A program made the position numbers and the translations under genes. From Prochlorococcus sp. AG-321-E21 (GTDB lineage Bacteria; Cyanobacteriota; Cyanobacteriia; PCC-6307; Cyanobiaceae), in contig QBXH01000004.1 in the NCBI GenBank assembly GCA_003283415.1, positions 2,777 through 66,776 of the forward strand: 64,000 nt of DNA, read 5' to 3'. Of the stretch, positions 17,440-28,258 are shown piece after piece. Below the pieces are notes generated by a model. That model saw nothing but the letters and a program-made list of their open reading frames with translations. It ran no database searches and was not told where the DNA came from. Each line of letters opens with the position of its first letter. Within the stretch, counting starts at the first letter, position 1.

Positions 17440-19848
17440 GTGCATCAAACTAACAACTTCCTTTTTAAATCTTTAAATAATGCACAATTAAAAGCAGTAA
17501 ATCATATCAATGGGCCTCTGCTAGTTGTAGCAGGTGCAGGTAGTGGAAAAACCAAGGCTCTTACTCATAGAATAGCTAATCTTATTGAAAATAATTCTGT
17601 AGATCCACATAACATTCTTGCAGTAACTTTTACAAATAAAGCTGCTAAAGAAATGAAAGCAAGACTTCAAGTACTTCTTGCACAAGAAATAGCTTTTAAT
17701 CAATTTGGGCAGCCCTGGTCAACTCTCAAGGAATTTGATCAGAATCAATTAAGAACAAATATTGATCAAGAAAGACTTAGGGACTTATGGATAGGAACTT
17801 TTCATGCATTATTTTCAAGACTTTTAAGATACGATATTGAAAAATATCAAGATCCTGAAGGCTTAACCTGGTCACGACAATTTTCTATTTATGACGAAAC
17901 AGATTCTCAGACCCTAGTAAAAGAGATTGTTAGTCAAGATATGAGTCTTGATCCAAAAAAATTTGATCCTAAGAAAATCAAGAGAGCTATTAGTAATGCA
18001 AAAAATCAATGTTTTACCGCTAATGAACTTGAAGAAAAAGCTGATAATCATTTTGATAAAATAATTGCAGATGCTTATAGAAGATACAGAATATCTCTCT
18101 CGAAAAATAATGCTTTAGACTTTGATGATCTTTTACTACTTCCTGTGTTTTTATTAAGGCAAAATGATTTAGTTAGGGATTATTGGCATAAAAGATTCCA
18201 GCATGTATTAGTTGATGAATATCAAGATACAAATAGGACACAATATGAACTGATCAAATTAATTACTGCTGGGAATACTGAACCAAACAAATTTTCCGAA
18301 TGGAATGATAGGTCAATTTTTGTTGTTGGAGATGCTGATCAAAGTATTTATAGTTTTAGGGCAGCAGATTTCAGAATATTAATTGGATTTCAAGAAGACT
18401 TTAAAAATTCATCTAATAATGATCAGCAAGCCTCACTTGTTAAATTAGAAGAAAACTATAGATCTTCATCAAATATTCTTACCGCTGCAAACTCTTTGAT
18501 TGAAAATAATACTGAGAGAATTGATAAAGTTTTAAGACCTACAAGGGAGGAAGGAGAACTTTTAAAGTTGCTTAGCTGCGATGATGAAATTTCTGAAGCT
18601 GAGGCAATAACAACAAAATTAAGAACTCTAAATAATTACAATAATCACCCAATCTGGAAAAATTTTGCAATCCTCTATAGAACTAGGGCTCAATCTAGAG
18701 TATTAGAGGAATCTTTAGTAAGATGGAGAATTCCATATACAATTTTTGGCGGATTACGTTTTTATGACAGAAGAGAAGTTAAAGATGCAATTGCCTATTT
18801 AAAAGTCTTAGTAAATTCTTCAGATAATGTAAGTCTTTTAAGAATAATAAATGTCCCGAGGCGAGGAATAGGAAAAACAACTATTCAAAAGCTTAATGAG
18901 CTATCAAACAAGTTGAATATCCCTTTATGGGATGTCATAAATGACAAACAAAGCTTAGAAGAAACAATAGGCAGATCGTCAAAGGGCATTAATAAATTTA
19001 CAGAGCTTATGAATGACCTTCTTTGCTATGTAGAAAACTCAGGACCTGCTCAAATTCTTCAATTAATTTTAGAAAAAAGCGGTTACTTAAGTGATTTGTT
19101 AACAAGTGGTTCAGAGGAATCTGAAGATAGAAGAAATAATCTTCAGGAATTAATAAATGCTGCTACTCAATTTGAAGAAGAGACCGAGAACCCAGATGTG
19201 GAGGGATTCTTATCAACAGCAGCTTTAACGACGGACAATGATATTAAAAAAAATCATCCAAATTCTGTCACATTAATGACCCTCCATAATAGTAAAGGAT
19301 TAGAATTTCAAAATGTGTTTATAACTGGATTAGAACAAGGTTTGTTCCCAAGCTACAGGTCAATTGATACTCCTTCTCTTCTAGAAGAAGAAAGAAGATT
19401 ATGCTATGTAGGTATAACAAGAGCTAAAGAGAGAGTTTTCTTATCACATGCAAGAGAAAGAAGATTGTGGGGAGGCATGCGAGAAGCAACAATTCCTTCA
19501 ATATTTCTCTCAGAAATACCAGAGGAATTAATTGACGGGGAATTACCTCAATCTGGTGGTGCTTTTATTAGAAGGGAGCGTCATCTTGAACGTTTAACAA
19601 GAGTGGATCGGAACGATTCAAATGAATTTATTAATAAACCTATAAATGCAGTAAGAAAACTATATTCAGGACCCAGTAAAGGTAAAAGTTGGCTAGTTGG
19701 AGATAGAGTAATTCATTCCAAATTTGGTAAGGGTGAAATTATACATATTTTTGGCAGTGGCGAAAAGATATCGTTAGCAGTAAAATTTGGTGATAAAGGA
19801 AGCAAAATTCTAGACCCAAGATTAGCTCCAATAAGAGCAATAAACTGA
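17440..19848 (+). CDS. uvrD: UvrD/PcrA DNA helicase
   Basis: AGAGSGKT, VDEYQDTN, VGDADQSIY, KGLEF, YVGITRA. Confidence 0.97.
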   Translation: MHQTNNFLFKSLNNAQLKAVNHINGPLLVVAGAGSGKTKALTHRIANLIENNSVDPHNILAVTFTNKAAKEMKARLQVLLAQEIAFNQFGQPWSTLKEFDQNQLRTNIDQERLRDLWIGTFHALFSRLLRYDIEKYQDPEGLTWSRQFSIYDETDSQTLVKEIVSQDMSLDPKKFDPKKIKRAISNAKNQCFTANELEEKADNHFDKIIADAYRRYRISLSKNNALDFDDLLLLPVFLLRQNDLVRDYWHKRFQHVLVDEYQDTNRTQYELIKLITAGNTEPNKFSEWNDRSIFVVGDADQSIYSFRAADFRILIGFQEDFKNSSNNDQQASLVKLEENYRSSSNILTAANSLIENNTERIDKVLRPTREEGELLKLLSCDDEISEAEAITTKLRTLNNYNNHPIWKNFAILYRTRAQSRVLEESLVRWRIPYTIFGGLRFYDRREVKDAIAYLKVLVNSSDNVSLLRIINVPRRGIGKTTIQKLNELSNKLNIPLWDVINDKQSLEETIGRSSKGINKFTELMNDLLCYVENSGPAQILQLILEKSGYLSDLLTSGSEESEDRRNNLQELINAATQFEEETENPDVEGFLSTAALTTDNDIKKNHPNSVTLMTLHNSKGLEFQNVFITGLEQGLFPSYRSIDTPSLLEEERRLCYVGITRAKERVFLSHARERRLWGGMREATIPSIFLSEIPEELIDGELPQSGGAFIRRERHLERLTRVDRNDSNEFINKPINAVRKLYSGPSKGKSWLVGDRVIHSKFGKGEIIHIFGSGEKISLAVKFGDKGSKILDPRLAPIRAIN

Positions 19849-19855
19849 AATCTGA

Positions 19856-21103
19856 ATGAATGCTATTTCTGCTTATATAAATTCAGCAATTTTTAAAATT
19901 CCTTATAATTTATTCAATATAATTTCTGATTATATTGAATTGAATAGTAGCGTTAAAGTTGCAATTGTGGGTGGCTATATAAGGGATTTATTAATCACTA
20001 AAATTCATAATAAGACTATTTTCAACCCACTAGATATTGATATAGTTACAGAAGGATCTTCAGTTGATTTAGCAAAATTCATAAAAAAAAATATCTCAAA
20101 TGTTGAACTGTGTTTGATAAAAGAATTTGAAATATACGACACAGTAGAATTAAATATTAATGATTTAAAAATTGATATAGCCTCTGCAAGAAAAGAGAAT
20201 TATGAAGCTCCAGGATTAAATCCAATCGTAAAACATGCAAATATTGAAGAGGATTTAAAAAGAAGAGATTTTAGTATCAATGCAATAGCTTTTGAATTCT
20301 CAAAGCAAAAAATTTATGATTTATTTGATGGCATAAAACACATACAAGAAAAAGAATTACATTTGCTGCATGAAAATAGTATTCAAGATGATCCTAGTAG
20401 ATTGATAAGATGCGCAAGATATGCATCAAGATTAGGTTTCAAAATTTCGAATAAATCACTTCAACAATCTCAAAGGATTGTCCAAAGGTGGCCATGGAAT
20501 ATTATAAATGATGATACTAAATCTAGATTCCCCCCCGGAATAAGTATAAGAATTAGGATGGAATTATCTGAAATATACAAATATGATAATCTTGCAAAAA
20601 TAATTTCTTTATTAAATCATTGGGAAATTATTTCTATTCTAGATAAAAATATTAAGGTTAATAATAAATTTTTAAGGGGTTTAAAATGGATTAAAAAACT
20701 TAAGGGTAATTATATTCTCTACCTATTAAAAAATTCAGAAAATTTAGAGCTTACTTGTCAAAGATTTTTTATTAATAGCAAGGAAACAAAAATTCTCAAA
20801 GAGTATCTAAATATCACAAATCAATTAGAAAGTGAAAAAGAAAAATTTCTCTTTTTTACTCCTTCAAATTGGACTGAATTTATTGAAACAAAAAATTTAG
20901 ATGAAGAAACGGTGAAATTATTAATTTGTAATGGGGGTTTATTTTGGAAATCATTTTTCAAATGGCTTTTTATTTATAAATTTATTAAGTCAAAGAAAAG
21001 TGGAGAATTTTTAAAACTTGAAGGATGGAAAGCCGGGAAAGAAATGGGGTATGAAATTAAAAGGTTGAGATATATAGAGATCGATAAGATCAAAAAGAAA
21101 TAA
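19856..21103 (+). CDS. tRNA nucleotidyltransferase / poly(A) polymerase family
   Basis: VGGYIRD, DIDI, DLKRRDFSINA, DDPSR. Confidence 0.92.
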   Translation: MNAISAYINSAIFKIPYNLFNIISDYIELNSSVKVAIVGGYIRDLLITKIHNKTIFNPLDIDIVTEGSSVDLAKFIKKNISNVELCLIKEFEIYDTVELNINDLKIDIASARKENYEAPGLNPIVKHANIEEDLKRRDFSINAIAFEFSKQKIYDLFDGIKHIQEKELHLLHENSIQDDPSRLIRCARYASRLGFKISNKSLQQSQRIVQRWPWNIINDDTKSRFPPGISIRIRMELSEIYKYDNLAKIISLLNHWEIISILDKNIKVNNKFLRGLKWIKKLKGNYILYLLKNSENLELTCQRFFINSKETKILKEYLNITNQLESEKEKFLFFTPSNWTEFIETKNLDEETVKLLICNGGLFWKSFFKWLFIYKFIKSKKSGEFLKLEGWKAGKEMGYEIKRLRYIEIDKIKKK

Positions 21104-23275
21104 CTATCTATGTATAACTTCTCCGACCTTATACCATTCATCCTTTAAAAAACTTTCATACTTAGGATCACAACTTATCAAAAGCGGTCCACAAGTTTGT
21201 GGATCTAATAATAATGAGATTTTTTCTTTGAAGCTGTCACTATTAACTTTATTATTTTTTGAAAATTTGATAATTCTATCACTTTTTTTTTCTGAAAGAA
21301 TTTGGTCAAATATTTCTTTATTTGATTCGAACAGAGAACTTTTGATCCCTTTATGTATTAAATCAAATACTCCTGGATAAGCTTTAAATGCTAACAAATC
21401 TAACAAGACACTAATAGGTTCAAGGTTATTATCTTTCCTTAATAAATTAGATGAATCAATCATCTCTTTAAGGTGTCCTATAAATCCATAGCCAGTTATA
21501 TCAGTAGCTGCATTAATAAATGTTTCTCCAAATTTATCTTGAAGCAAATAAATTTTTTCAATCAATGGTTGCTGACTTGTAACTAAATTTATCATTATCT
21601 CCTCTGAAATCTCTTTCAAATTAATATTTTGCATTTGAGCAGCAAAAAAAACACCCACACCAAGTGGTCTTGACATGAGGATAATATCTCCTTTTTGCAT
21701 ACCTGATTTAAACCATGGTTTTGCTCCATTTTTCAAAACTCCCTGAACTGTTAAAGAGATATCGATTCCTAAAGAATAAGGTTTATCAACTAAACTTCTT
21801 GACTCAAAAGTATGTCCTCCAATTAACTCACCCCCTTGTTCTTCAACTGTTGTTTTTATCCCTTTTAGACAATGAGTAAAAAGGTAGCTTTGAAAATCTT
21901 TTCCCACTTTTGGAAGAGATATTAAGGCCTGTACAGATGAAAGTTTTACTCCACAAGCCCATAAATCTGAGCAAGCATGCAACACAGTAATTTTTGCATT
22001 TAGCCAAGGATCACTTATCAACGCAGGAAATCCATCAACACTTTGAAGAATAGTATCTTGATTATTTTTATAAATTTCAACAGAATCCTTAGGGGAAATC
22101 GCAGAATTTTCAAGTTGAGCACTTATTAAAGATTTATTTAAAATACTTTGAGGAATTTTAGCTGCACATCCTCTACAGTCTTCCATCCCATCTTCTTTGA
22201 CTTTTTGATACATATTCAAATCTAAAACACGAAATTTCCTAATAAAACCTTTATCAATTTTATTTTTAAGGTACCAAATAAGAAAAGAGGGCCCAATAAC
22301 AATATCACCATAAAAAGCAAAAGCTTTCGGAACCTTTACAGGATAAGAATTTACTATTTGCAATCCAAATTTTTGAGGAGACCATCTTTTTAATGATTCA
22401 CCTTTTATATCCTTCTGAATATTAGTTGCCAATGTATTTATAGCTTTTACTGCAAATATTCCAGATGAAGGTCTCGAAGAATCTTCTATGACGGCGCAAT
22501 CACCTGTTGCAAAAGTTCCTAAAAAATTTTTCAACATTAATTTCTGATTTATAAGAAATCTTCCTTTTGAATCCAATTCTGAATTATATTTTTTTACCCA
22601 TAGTGGAGATGAATTTCCTGTACATAAGAGAATCTTTCCATAATCAATAGGAAGAGTTCCAACTACTTCTATATTCGATCTGTAAAAAGTTTTAAAGATT
22701 TTATTATCTACCTTATTTCTTTGGCAAAGAATCTTTAAAGATCTTTTTTTCCATCTTTTTCTTAGAGCAAAAGCAACTTCAATTGCTGCAAGTCCACTTC
22801 CAACAATAACAAAGGATTTTTCAGTTTCAGAATCATACTTATCTTCTTTTTTAATTAACTCATAAGCTTTAAAAAAAGGTTTAATTGGGAAAGCAATTTT
22901 ATTATTGACTAAATCTTCAAATTCTCCTGAAATTTTAGTTTGACTTCCGTAGTTAAGTACTAATTTTGAGTAACCAATTGATGGTCTATTTTTTAAAAAA
23001 ATCTTTTTTAAATGATAATCGATATTTGTTACTTCATTTTTTATAAAAGATATTTTTGCCTTTCTAGCTAAAGATCTTATATCGATTAAGCTATTATTTA
23101 AAGAAATTGATTTAGAAATTACAGAAGGGAACGTAGCCGAATAAACTAAATGAGTATCTCTAGATATAATTGTTATAGGAATTTCCGGCATTAATTTCGG
23201 ATACATAAACCATTTCCTCATCAAAAGAACATTTGTATGTCCTCCACCAATTAGCACTAGATGATTAATAGTCAT
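21104..23275 (-). CDS. selD: Selenide,water dikinase fused to an N-terminal FAD-dependent oxidoreductase domain
   Basis: GGGH Rossmann start; CRGCAAK, SDLWA, GGHT, TDITGYG, DPQT. Confidence 0.9.
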   Translation of the reverse strand: MTINHLVLIGGGHTNVLLMRKWFMYPKLMPEIPITIISRDTHLVYSATFPSVISKSISLNNSLIDIRSLARKAKISFIKNEVTNIDYHLKKIFLKNRPSIGYSKLVLNYGSQTKISGEFEDLVNNKIAFPIKPFFKAYELIKKEDKYDSETEKSFVIVGSGLAAIEVAFALRKRWKKRSLKILCQRNKVDNKIFKTFYRSNIEVVGTLPIDYGKILLCTGNSSPLWVKKYNSELDSKGRFLINQKLMLKNFLGTFATGDCAVIEDSSRPSSGIFAVKAINTLATNIQKDIKGESLKRWSPQKFGLQIVNSYPVKVPKAFAFYGDIVIGPSFLIWYLKNKIDKGFIRKFRVLDLNMYQKVKEDGMEDCRGCAAKIPQSILNKSLISAQLENSAISPKDSVEIYKNNQDTILQSVDGFPALISDPWLNAKITVLHACSDLWACGVKLSSVQALISLPKVGKDFQSYLFTHCLKGIKTTVEEQGGELIGGHTFESRSLVDKPYSLGIDISLTVQGVLKNGAKPWFKSGMQKGDIILMSRPLGVGVFFAAQMQNINLKEISEEIMINLVTSQQPLIEKIYLLQDKFGETFINAATDITGYGFIGHLKEMIDSSNLLRKDNNLEPISVLLDLLAFKAYPGVFDLIHKGIKSSLFESNKEIFDQILSEKKSDRIIKFSKNNKVNSDSFKEKISLLLDPQTCGPLLISCDPKYESFLKDEWYKVGEVIHR

Positions 23276-23286
23276 TTGTTTTTACA

Positions 23287-24186
23287 ATGAATAAACAGCA
23301 TTTATTACCCATTAAAGAATCAAGATTAGGAGTAATTGGTGGGAGTGGTTTCTATTCAATTGACAAAATAGAATGTTATGAAGAAATCGAGGTCAACACT
23401 CCTTATGGTAAACCTTCTGATTTAATTAGGCTCTTTAAAATTGGCAACCTAGAAATTGCTTTTATAGCACGGCACGGAAGAACACATAGGCTCAATCCGA
23501 CAGAAATACCTTACAAAGCTAACATTTGGGCACTCCGATCGATCGGCGTGAGATGGATAATCGCTCCATCAGCAGTAGGCTCCCTTCAAGAACAAATTAG
23601 GCCTCTTGATATTGTTATTCCAGATCAATTTATTGATCGAACTCATCAAAGACCTGCAACATTTTTTAATGAAGGAGCAGTTGCTCATGTAACTATGGGG
23701 GATCCTTTCTGTAGGAATTTATCAGGAATTTTAGGCAATGTTGGAGAAAAAACTATCCCAGGGGGAAGACAATTACATAGAGTAGGAACATATTTAGCTA
23801 TGGAGGGACCTGCTTTCTCTACCCGCGCAGAATCAAATCTATATAGAAGTTGGGGTTGTTCAATAATAGGTATGACTAATCACACCGAAGCAAGATTAGC
23901 TAAAGAAGCTGAGATAGCGTATTCTTCACTATCTATGGTTACTGATTATGATTGTTGGCATCAAACTCATCAGGAAGTATCAGTAGAGATGGTTTTAGAA
24001 AATCTCAGAGCTAATACTGAAGTTGCTAATAAAATAGTCTTTGAAATAGCGAAAGTTATCGATATAGAGAGGCCTAAAAGTAAATCACATTTTTCTTTGA
24101 AAGATGGTTTAATAACACAAAAAGAAAATATCCCTAGCTCTACAAAAGAAAAGCTAAAGATATTTACTGATTCTTACTGGAATTAA
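23287..24186 (+). CDS. mtnP: S-methyl-5'-thioadenosine phosphorylase
   Basis: GVIGGSG, RHGRTH, EGPAFSTRAES, VTDYDCW. Confidence 0.95.
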   Translation: MNKQHLLPIKESRLGVIGGSGFYSIDKIECYEEIEVNTPYGKPSDLIRLFKIGNLEIAFIARHGRTHRLNPTEIPYKANIWALRSIGVRWIIAPSAVGSLQEQIRPLDIVIPDQFIDRTHQRPATFFNEGAVAHVTMGDPFCRNLSGILGNVGEKTIPGGRQLHRVGTYLAMEGPAFSTRAESNLYRSWGCSIIGMTNHTEARLAKEAEIAYSSLSMVTDYDCWHQTHQEVSVEMVLENLRANTEVANKIVFEIAKVIDIERPKSKSHFSLKDGLITQKENIPSSTKEKLKIFTDSYWN

Positions 24187-24215
24187 ATATTTGATTTTTA
24201 TTAGATTTTGGAAAT

Positions 24216-24413
24216 TTAGCCCCCAGCACCTACTCCTTGATATGAACCGTAGAAGAATATTCCTAATACAAAAATAACTGCTAATCCACCAGCAGTAGCA
24301 ACAAGCCAAAGAGGTAGAACACCCTCTGTCCATCTCCTCTCCCAAGCGACTGCAGGTCTCCCGTCAGGAGTTCGATCAGGTATTCTGCCATCAGGTCCTT
24401 TTAATTTGCTCAT
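24216..24413 (-). CDS. psbJ: Photosystem II protein J (N-terminally extended)
   Basis: [10 protein letters not shown]...[10 protein letters not shown]; last gene of psbEFLJ. Confidence 0.95.
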   Translation of the reverse strand: MSKLKGPDGRIPDRTPDGRPAVAWERRWTEGVLPLWLVATAGGLAVIFVLGIFFYGSYQGVGAGG

Positions 24414-24422
24414 AGTTTTAAT

Positions 24423-24542
24423 TTAGTTGAAAAAGTAACTGGAAAATAATATTCCTAAAACCAGTACAGATAATACACCTAAGTAAAGGCTTGTACGATT
24501 TAGTTCTACTGGAACTTTGTTGGGATTTTCGTTTACTTGCAT
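24423..24542 (-). CDS. psbL: Photosystem II protein L (39 aa; not in ORF track)
   Basis: [22 protein letters not shown]...SSYFFN. Confidence 0.97.
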   Translation of the reverse strand: MQVNENPNKVPVELNRTSLYLGVLSVLVLGILFSSYFFN

Positions 24543-24555
24543 AATTTTTAAAGTT

Positions 24556-24702
24556 TTAAGTTCTAATAAATTGCATCGCTGCAATAGCACCTAAGAAAAA
24601 TACCGAGGGAATTGCAAGTGCGTGAACTGCAAGCCAACGAATCGTAAAAATAGGGTAGACTCGGACTTCTACAGCCTGAATGGGTGGTTGTGAGTTAGTC
24701 AT
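24556..24702 (-). CDS. psbF: Cytochrome b559 beta (48 aa; not in ORF track)
   Basis: [31 protein letters not shown]. Confidence 0.97.
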   Translation of the reverse strand: MTNSQPPIQAVEVRVYPIFTIRWLAVHALAIPSVFFLGAIAAMQFIRT

Positions 24703-24705
24703 TTT

Positions 24706-24954
24706 TTATTTTGTTCTTAAATCAAGCTGAGATTTAGCATCATATCTCTGAGTTACTACAGGGGCTTTTGATTCTGAGGCCTGGAAATAACTGTCCGGGC
24801 GCGGAGTACCAAAAGCATCATAAGCTAAACCTGTATAAACAAAAAGAAAACCTGCTATAAAAATAGCTGGTAATGTTACTGCATGGATAATCCAGTATCT
24901 AATACTGGTTATTATTTCAAAGAATGGGCGTTCTCCCGTAGAGCCACCGGCCAT
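24706..24954 (-). CDS. psbE: Cytochrome b559 alpha
   Basis: [23 protein letters not shown]; start at ATG 24954 or TTG 24960. Confidence 0.97.
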   Translation of the reverse strand: MAGGSTGERPFFEIITSIRYWIIHAVTLPAIFIAGFLFVYTGLAYDAFGTPRPDSYFQASESKAPVVTQRYDAKSQLDLRTK

Positions 24955-25094
24955 AATCAAAATTACGTTATTTACTTCTAAATCTTACAAGGAAAAATAC
25001 AAATTTTGTGGAGAAGTTTACAGCTTGGTTACAGACAGTTGTTAAATAGCAAGAAAATTAAGATTTTTTTTATATTTTTTTACTTTGTTTTAAA

Positions 25095-26108
25095 TCAACC
25101 ATTCCACTTCAATATATAACCCCTCTCTCCAAGAATAAATCCTTTGGGAGAATCTAACTCATCTTTTTCTAAAAATTGAATCTTAATGAAGTTAGTCGGC
25201 AGATTTGAGGCAATAGGATCAGAGCTCCAAGTTTTACCATCATCTTTACTGACTATTAAAGTTCCATTTCCTCCTCCCGCCCAAATATTTCCCTCTGGAT
25301 CCCAACCCATATCTAGATAATTGTATCCATTTAAAATGGGAACTATTGGTTTACTCCAATTTTCATAATCATTACTATCTTCATTAAATCTTATTTCAGC
25401 TCCTCTTGATAACATCCATAAATTCCCATTTGGATTAAATCCTATGCTTTGAACTCTCTTACTACTTGCTCTTTGATGAGCTATCCACGTATCACTTTCA
25501 CTATCAAGGGTAGAGAAAAAGTTACCAAGACTACTCACACTTACATAGTCTCCTTCAGAGGTTCTTCTTAAATCTCTTATACCGCCCTGCTCAGAGGGGT
25601 CTGCTACTTTGGCCTCCCATGTTTCACCACTATTTGAGGTTACATAAATAGCCGCTGAAGTTGTTGCTAATTGAGCACCACCCTCATCAATAGTAGAAAC
25701 TAAAAAAGGTTGGCCAGGCAGTTTACCAAGAGATAACCTAGTCCAATTCTTACCTTCATCAATGGTATGCATTACTAAAGAAGGTTGTCCGATTAACCAG
25801 CCTTCAGAACCTTTGAAATCTATGTCAAGTAAACGAAAATTCTCTTCTGCAGGAATATCTAATGATCTTTTTTCCCATGATTTCCCTCCATCTTTTGATT
25901 CCATAATTAGTCTGTTTGAACCTACCAGAAATCCATGTTTATTATCAATAAAGTCTATATCTAAGGCATTTGATTGGTCTTCAAATTGTATTGTTTCCCA
26001 AGGACTTGATTCACTCATTTTTACGCCAGTTGAAGAACAACTACTCAAGATGAAGCAAAGTATGAGCGATAAAATAAGATTTGGGAAGCTGGTTAAAAAT
26101 TTTTTCAT
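25095..26108 (-). CDS. ycf48: PSII assembly factor Ycf48 (lipoprotein)
   Basis: BNR repeats SxDGGxxW; LSSC lipobox; position before psbE. Confidence 0.95.
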   Translation of the reverse strand: MKKFLTSFPNLILSLILCFILSSCSSTGVKMSESSPWETIQFEDQSNALDIDFIDNKHGFLVGSNRLIMESKDGGKSWEKRSLDIPAEENFRLLDIDFKGSEGWLIGQPSLVMHTIDEGKNWTRLSLGKLPGQPFLVSTIDEGGAQLATTSAAIYVTSNSGETWEAKVADPSEQGGIRDLRRTSEGDYVSVSSLGNFFSTLDSESDTWIAHQRASSKRVQSIGFNPNGNLWMLSRGAEIRFNEDSNDYENWSKPIVPILNGYNYLDMGWDPEGNIWAGGGNGTLIVSKDDGKTWSSDPIASNLPTNFIKIQFLEKDELDSPKGFILGERGYILKWNG

Positions 26109-26117
26109 GAATATATT

Positions 26118-26546
26118 TTAATGCAAAGAGTATAAAGAAAGGAAACATGCCGCGGCAAATGCTAAACCACCAAAAATTAAAATATTTTTTTGACCAGGTG
26201 GCAAACTATTAAATCCAAAACCATAAGTTAAATTTTCTTCAAACCCACTTGGTTTTTCTCTTGGTCCTATGTCTTTATATAAATTTTTGCCTGCCCTACA
26301 TACTGGACAAGCAAAAGTACTACCGTCTATTACTGAAAAAGGAGTATCTTTTGGAATGTTAAGCTTTTTGTTCCCTTCTGTAGGATCATAAATGTATCCG
26401 CAACTTCTACATTCGAATCTATTTTGTTCTAAATTAACAGAAAGTTCTTTATTATTAACTTCAAGAGATCTTTCAGAAGATTCTCCTTTGGTTAAATTTT
26501 CAACTATTTGTTTATCATTAGAAGATGGTTGAATGTTTTCACTCAC
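26118..26546 (-). CDS. rubA: Membrane rubredoxin
   Basis: CRSCGYIYDP, CPVC, C-terminal TM helix. Confidence 0.95.
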   Translation of the reverse strand: MSENIQPSSNDKQIVENLTKGESSERSLEVNNKELSVNLEQNRFECRSCGYIYDPTEGNKKLNIPKDTPFSVIDGSTFACPVCRAGKNLYKDIGPREKPSGFEENLTYGFGFNSLPPGQKNILIFGGLAFAAACFLSLYSLH

Positions 26547-26617
26547 GATTTAGTATTTAACTTTTCAGACTCTAAAAGATTTTGCTGAATTAAGCGAATT
26601 TTCCAACAATTTTTTAA

Positions 26618-26980
26618 ATGTTTTCACTACCAGGTTACGAATATTTTCTAGGTTTTCTTATAATTGCTGCTGCAGTCCCTATTTTGGCTTTAGTTACCAA
26701 CCTTATAGTTGCTCCCAAAGGTAGGACTGGTGAACGAAAACTAACATATGAATCAGGAATGGAGCCTATAGGAGGAGCTTGGATTCAATTCAACATAAGA
26801 TATTACATGTTTGCTTTAGTATTCGTTATATTTGATGTAGAAACTGTATTTCTTTATCCATGGGCAGTCGCATTCAATAGATTGGGCTTATTAGCTTTTA
26901 TTGAAGCTTTAATATTTATTGCGATACTGGTTATTGCACTTGCCTATGCTTGGAGAAAAGGAGCTTTAGAATGGAGCTAA
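26618..26980 (+). CDS. ndhC: NDH-1 subunit 3
   Basis: [27 protein letters not shown]. Confidence 0.98.
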   Translation: MFSLPGYEYFLGFLIIAAAVPILALVTNLIVAPKGRTGERKLTYESGMEPIGGAWIQFNIRYYMFALVFVIFDVETVFLYPWAVAFNRLGLLAFIEALIFIAILVIALAYAWRKGALEWS

Positions 26981-26984
26981 AAAA

Positions 26985-27719
26985 ATGAACAATTCACTTT
27001 CACCAAAAGCCATTAGGGAGCTTAGAGAAGAAACCTGTAACCCACTGGGGGCTCCTCAAGTAACAACTGACTTGAGCGAGAATATTATTATGACAAGCCT
27101 CGATGACCTTCATAATTGGGCTAGATTAAGCAGTCTATGGCCACTTTTATATGGAACCGCCTGCTGTTTTATAGAATTTGCAGCACTCATTGGGTCTAGA
27201 TTTGATTTTGATAGATTTGGCTTGGTACCAAGAAGTTCCCCAAGACAAGCTGACTTACTTATTGTTGCTGGCACAGTCACAATGAAAATGGCGCCTGCAT
27301 TAGTAAGATTATACGAACAAATGCCAGAACCAAAATATGTAATAGCTATGGGGGCTTGTACCATAACTGGTGGGATGTTTAGTGCAGACTCAACGACTGC
27401 AGTTAGAGGAGTTGATAAATTAATCCCAGTTGATTTGTACCTTCCCGGATGTCCTCCTAGACCAGAAGCTATTTTTGATGCAGTTATAAAATTAAGAAAA
27501 AAAGTCGCTAACGAAAGTATTCTTGAGAGGAGTAAAGCTGAACAAACTCACAGATATTTAACCATTGATCATGAAATGAATCTTGTTTTTTCAGAAAATA
27601 CTGGAGAGTATTTAAATAAAAAATCTGAGAATTTAATTGAGTCCTCTAACTTAAATCAGATAGATGAGAAAAATGAAGATATATATGAAACAAACCTAAT
27701 CGATAAAGAAATAAAATAA
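26985..27719 (+). CDS. ndhK: NDH-1 subunit K
   Basis: [22 protein letters not shown]. Confidence 0.98.
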   Translation: MNNSLSPKAIRELREETCNPLGAPQVTTDLSENIIMTSLDDLHNWARLSSLWPLLYGTACCFIEFAALIGSRFDFDRFGLVPRSSPRQADLLIVAGTVTMKMAPALVRLYEQMPEPKYVIAMGACTITGGMFSADSTTAVRGVDKLIPVDLYLPGCPPRPEAIFDAVIKLRKKVANESILERSKAEQTHRYLTIDHEMNLVFSENTGEYLNKKSENLIESSNLNQIDEKNEDIYETNLIDKEIK

Positions 27720-28249
27720 TGGGAAAAGAGAATTTAAAGGAATCTTCAGAAGAAATTGTAGAGCAAAAAGGACTAGTAAGTAATAAACTTTCTAATGATG
27801 GAATTACAAACGAATCTTTAGGAAATGATCATATAGGTGTTGAAATACTCTCTATAAAACCAGAAAAATTGTACGAGGCCATGTCTATTTTAAAAGGGTA
27901 TGGATTTAATTACTTACAGTGTCAAGGAGGTTATGATGAAGGTCCTGGGAAATGTCTTGTGAGTTTTTACCATTTAATTTCACTTGGGGATTTTCAAGAA
28001 ATAAAAGAGATTAAAGAAATTAGAGTAAAAGTATTTCTTAATAGAGATTCAGATTTATCTGTACCTAGCCTTTATAAAATTTTCAAAGGAAGTGATTGGC
28101 AAGAACGAGAAACTTATGATATGTTCGGAATCAATTTTGCTGACCATCCAAATCCAACAAGACTTTTAATGCCAGAAGACTGGAGGGGCTGGCCACTAAG
28201 AAAAGATTATATACAACCTGATTTCTATGAATTACAAGATGCTTTTTAA
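27719..28249 (+). CDS. ndhJ: NDH-1 subunit J
   Basis: WQERETYDMFG, GWPLRKDY. Confidence 0.97.
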   Translation: MGKENLKESSEEIVEQKGLVSNKLSNDGITNESLGNDHIGVEILSIKPEKLYEAMSILKGYGFNYLQCQGGYDEGPGKCLVSFYHLISLGDFQEIKEIKEIRVKVFLNRDSDLSVPSLYKIFKGSDWQERETYDMFGINFADHPNPTRLLMPEDWRGWPLRKDYIQPDFYELQDAF

Positions 28250-28258
28250 ATAAATTTA

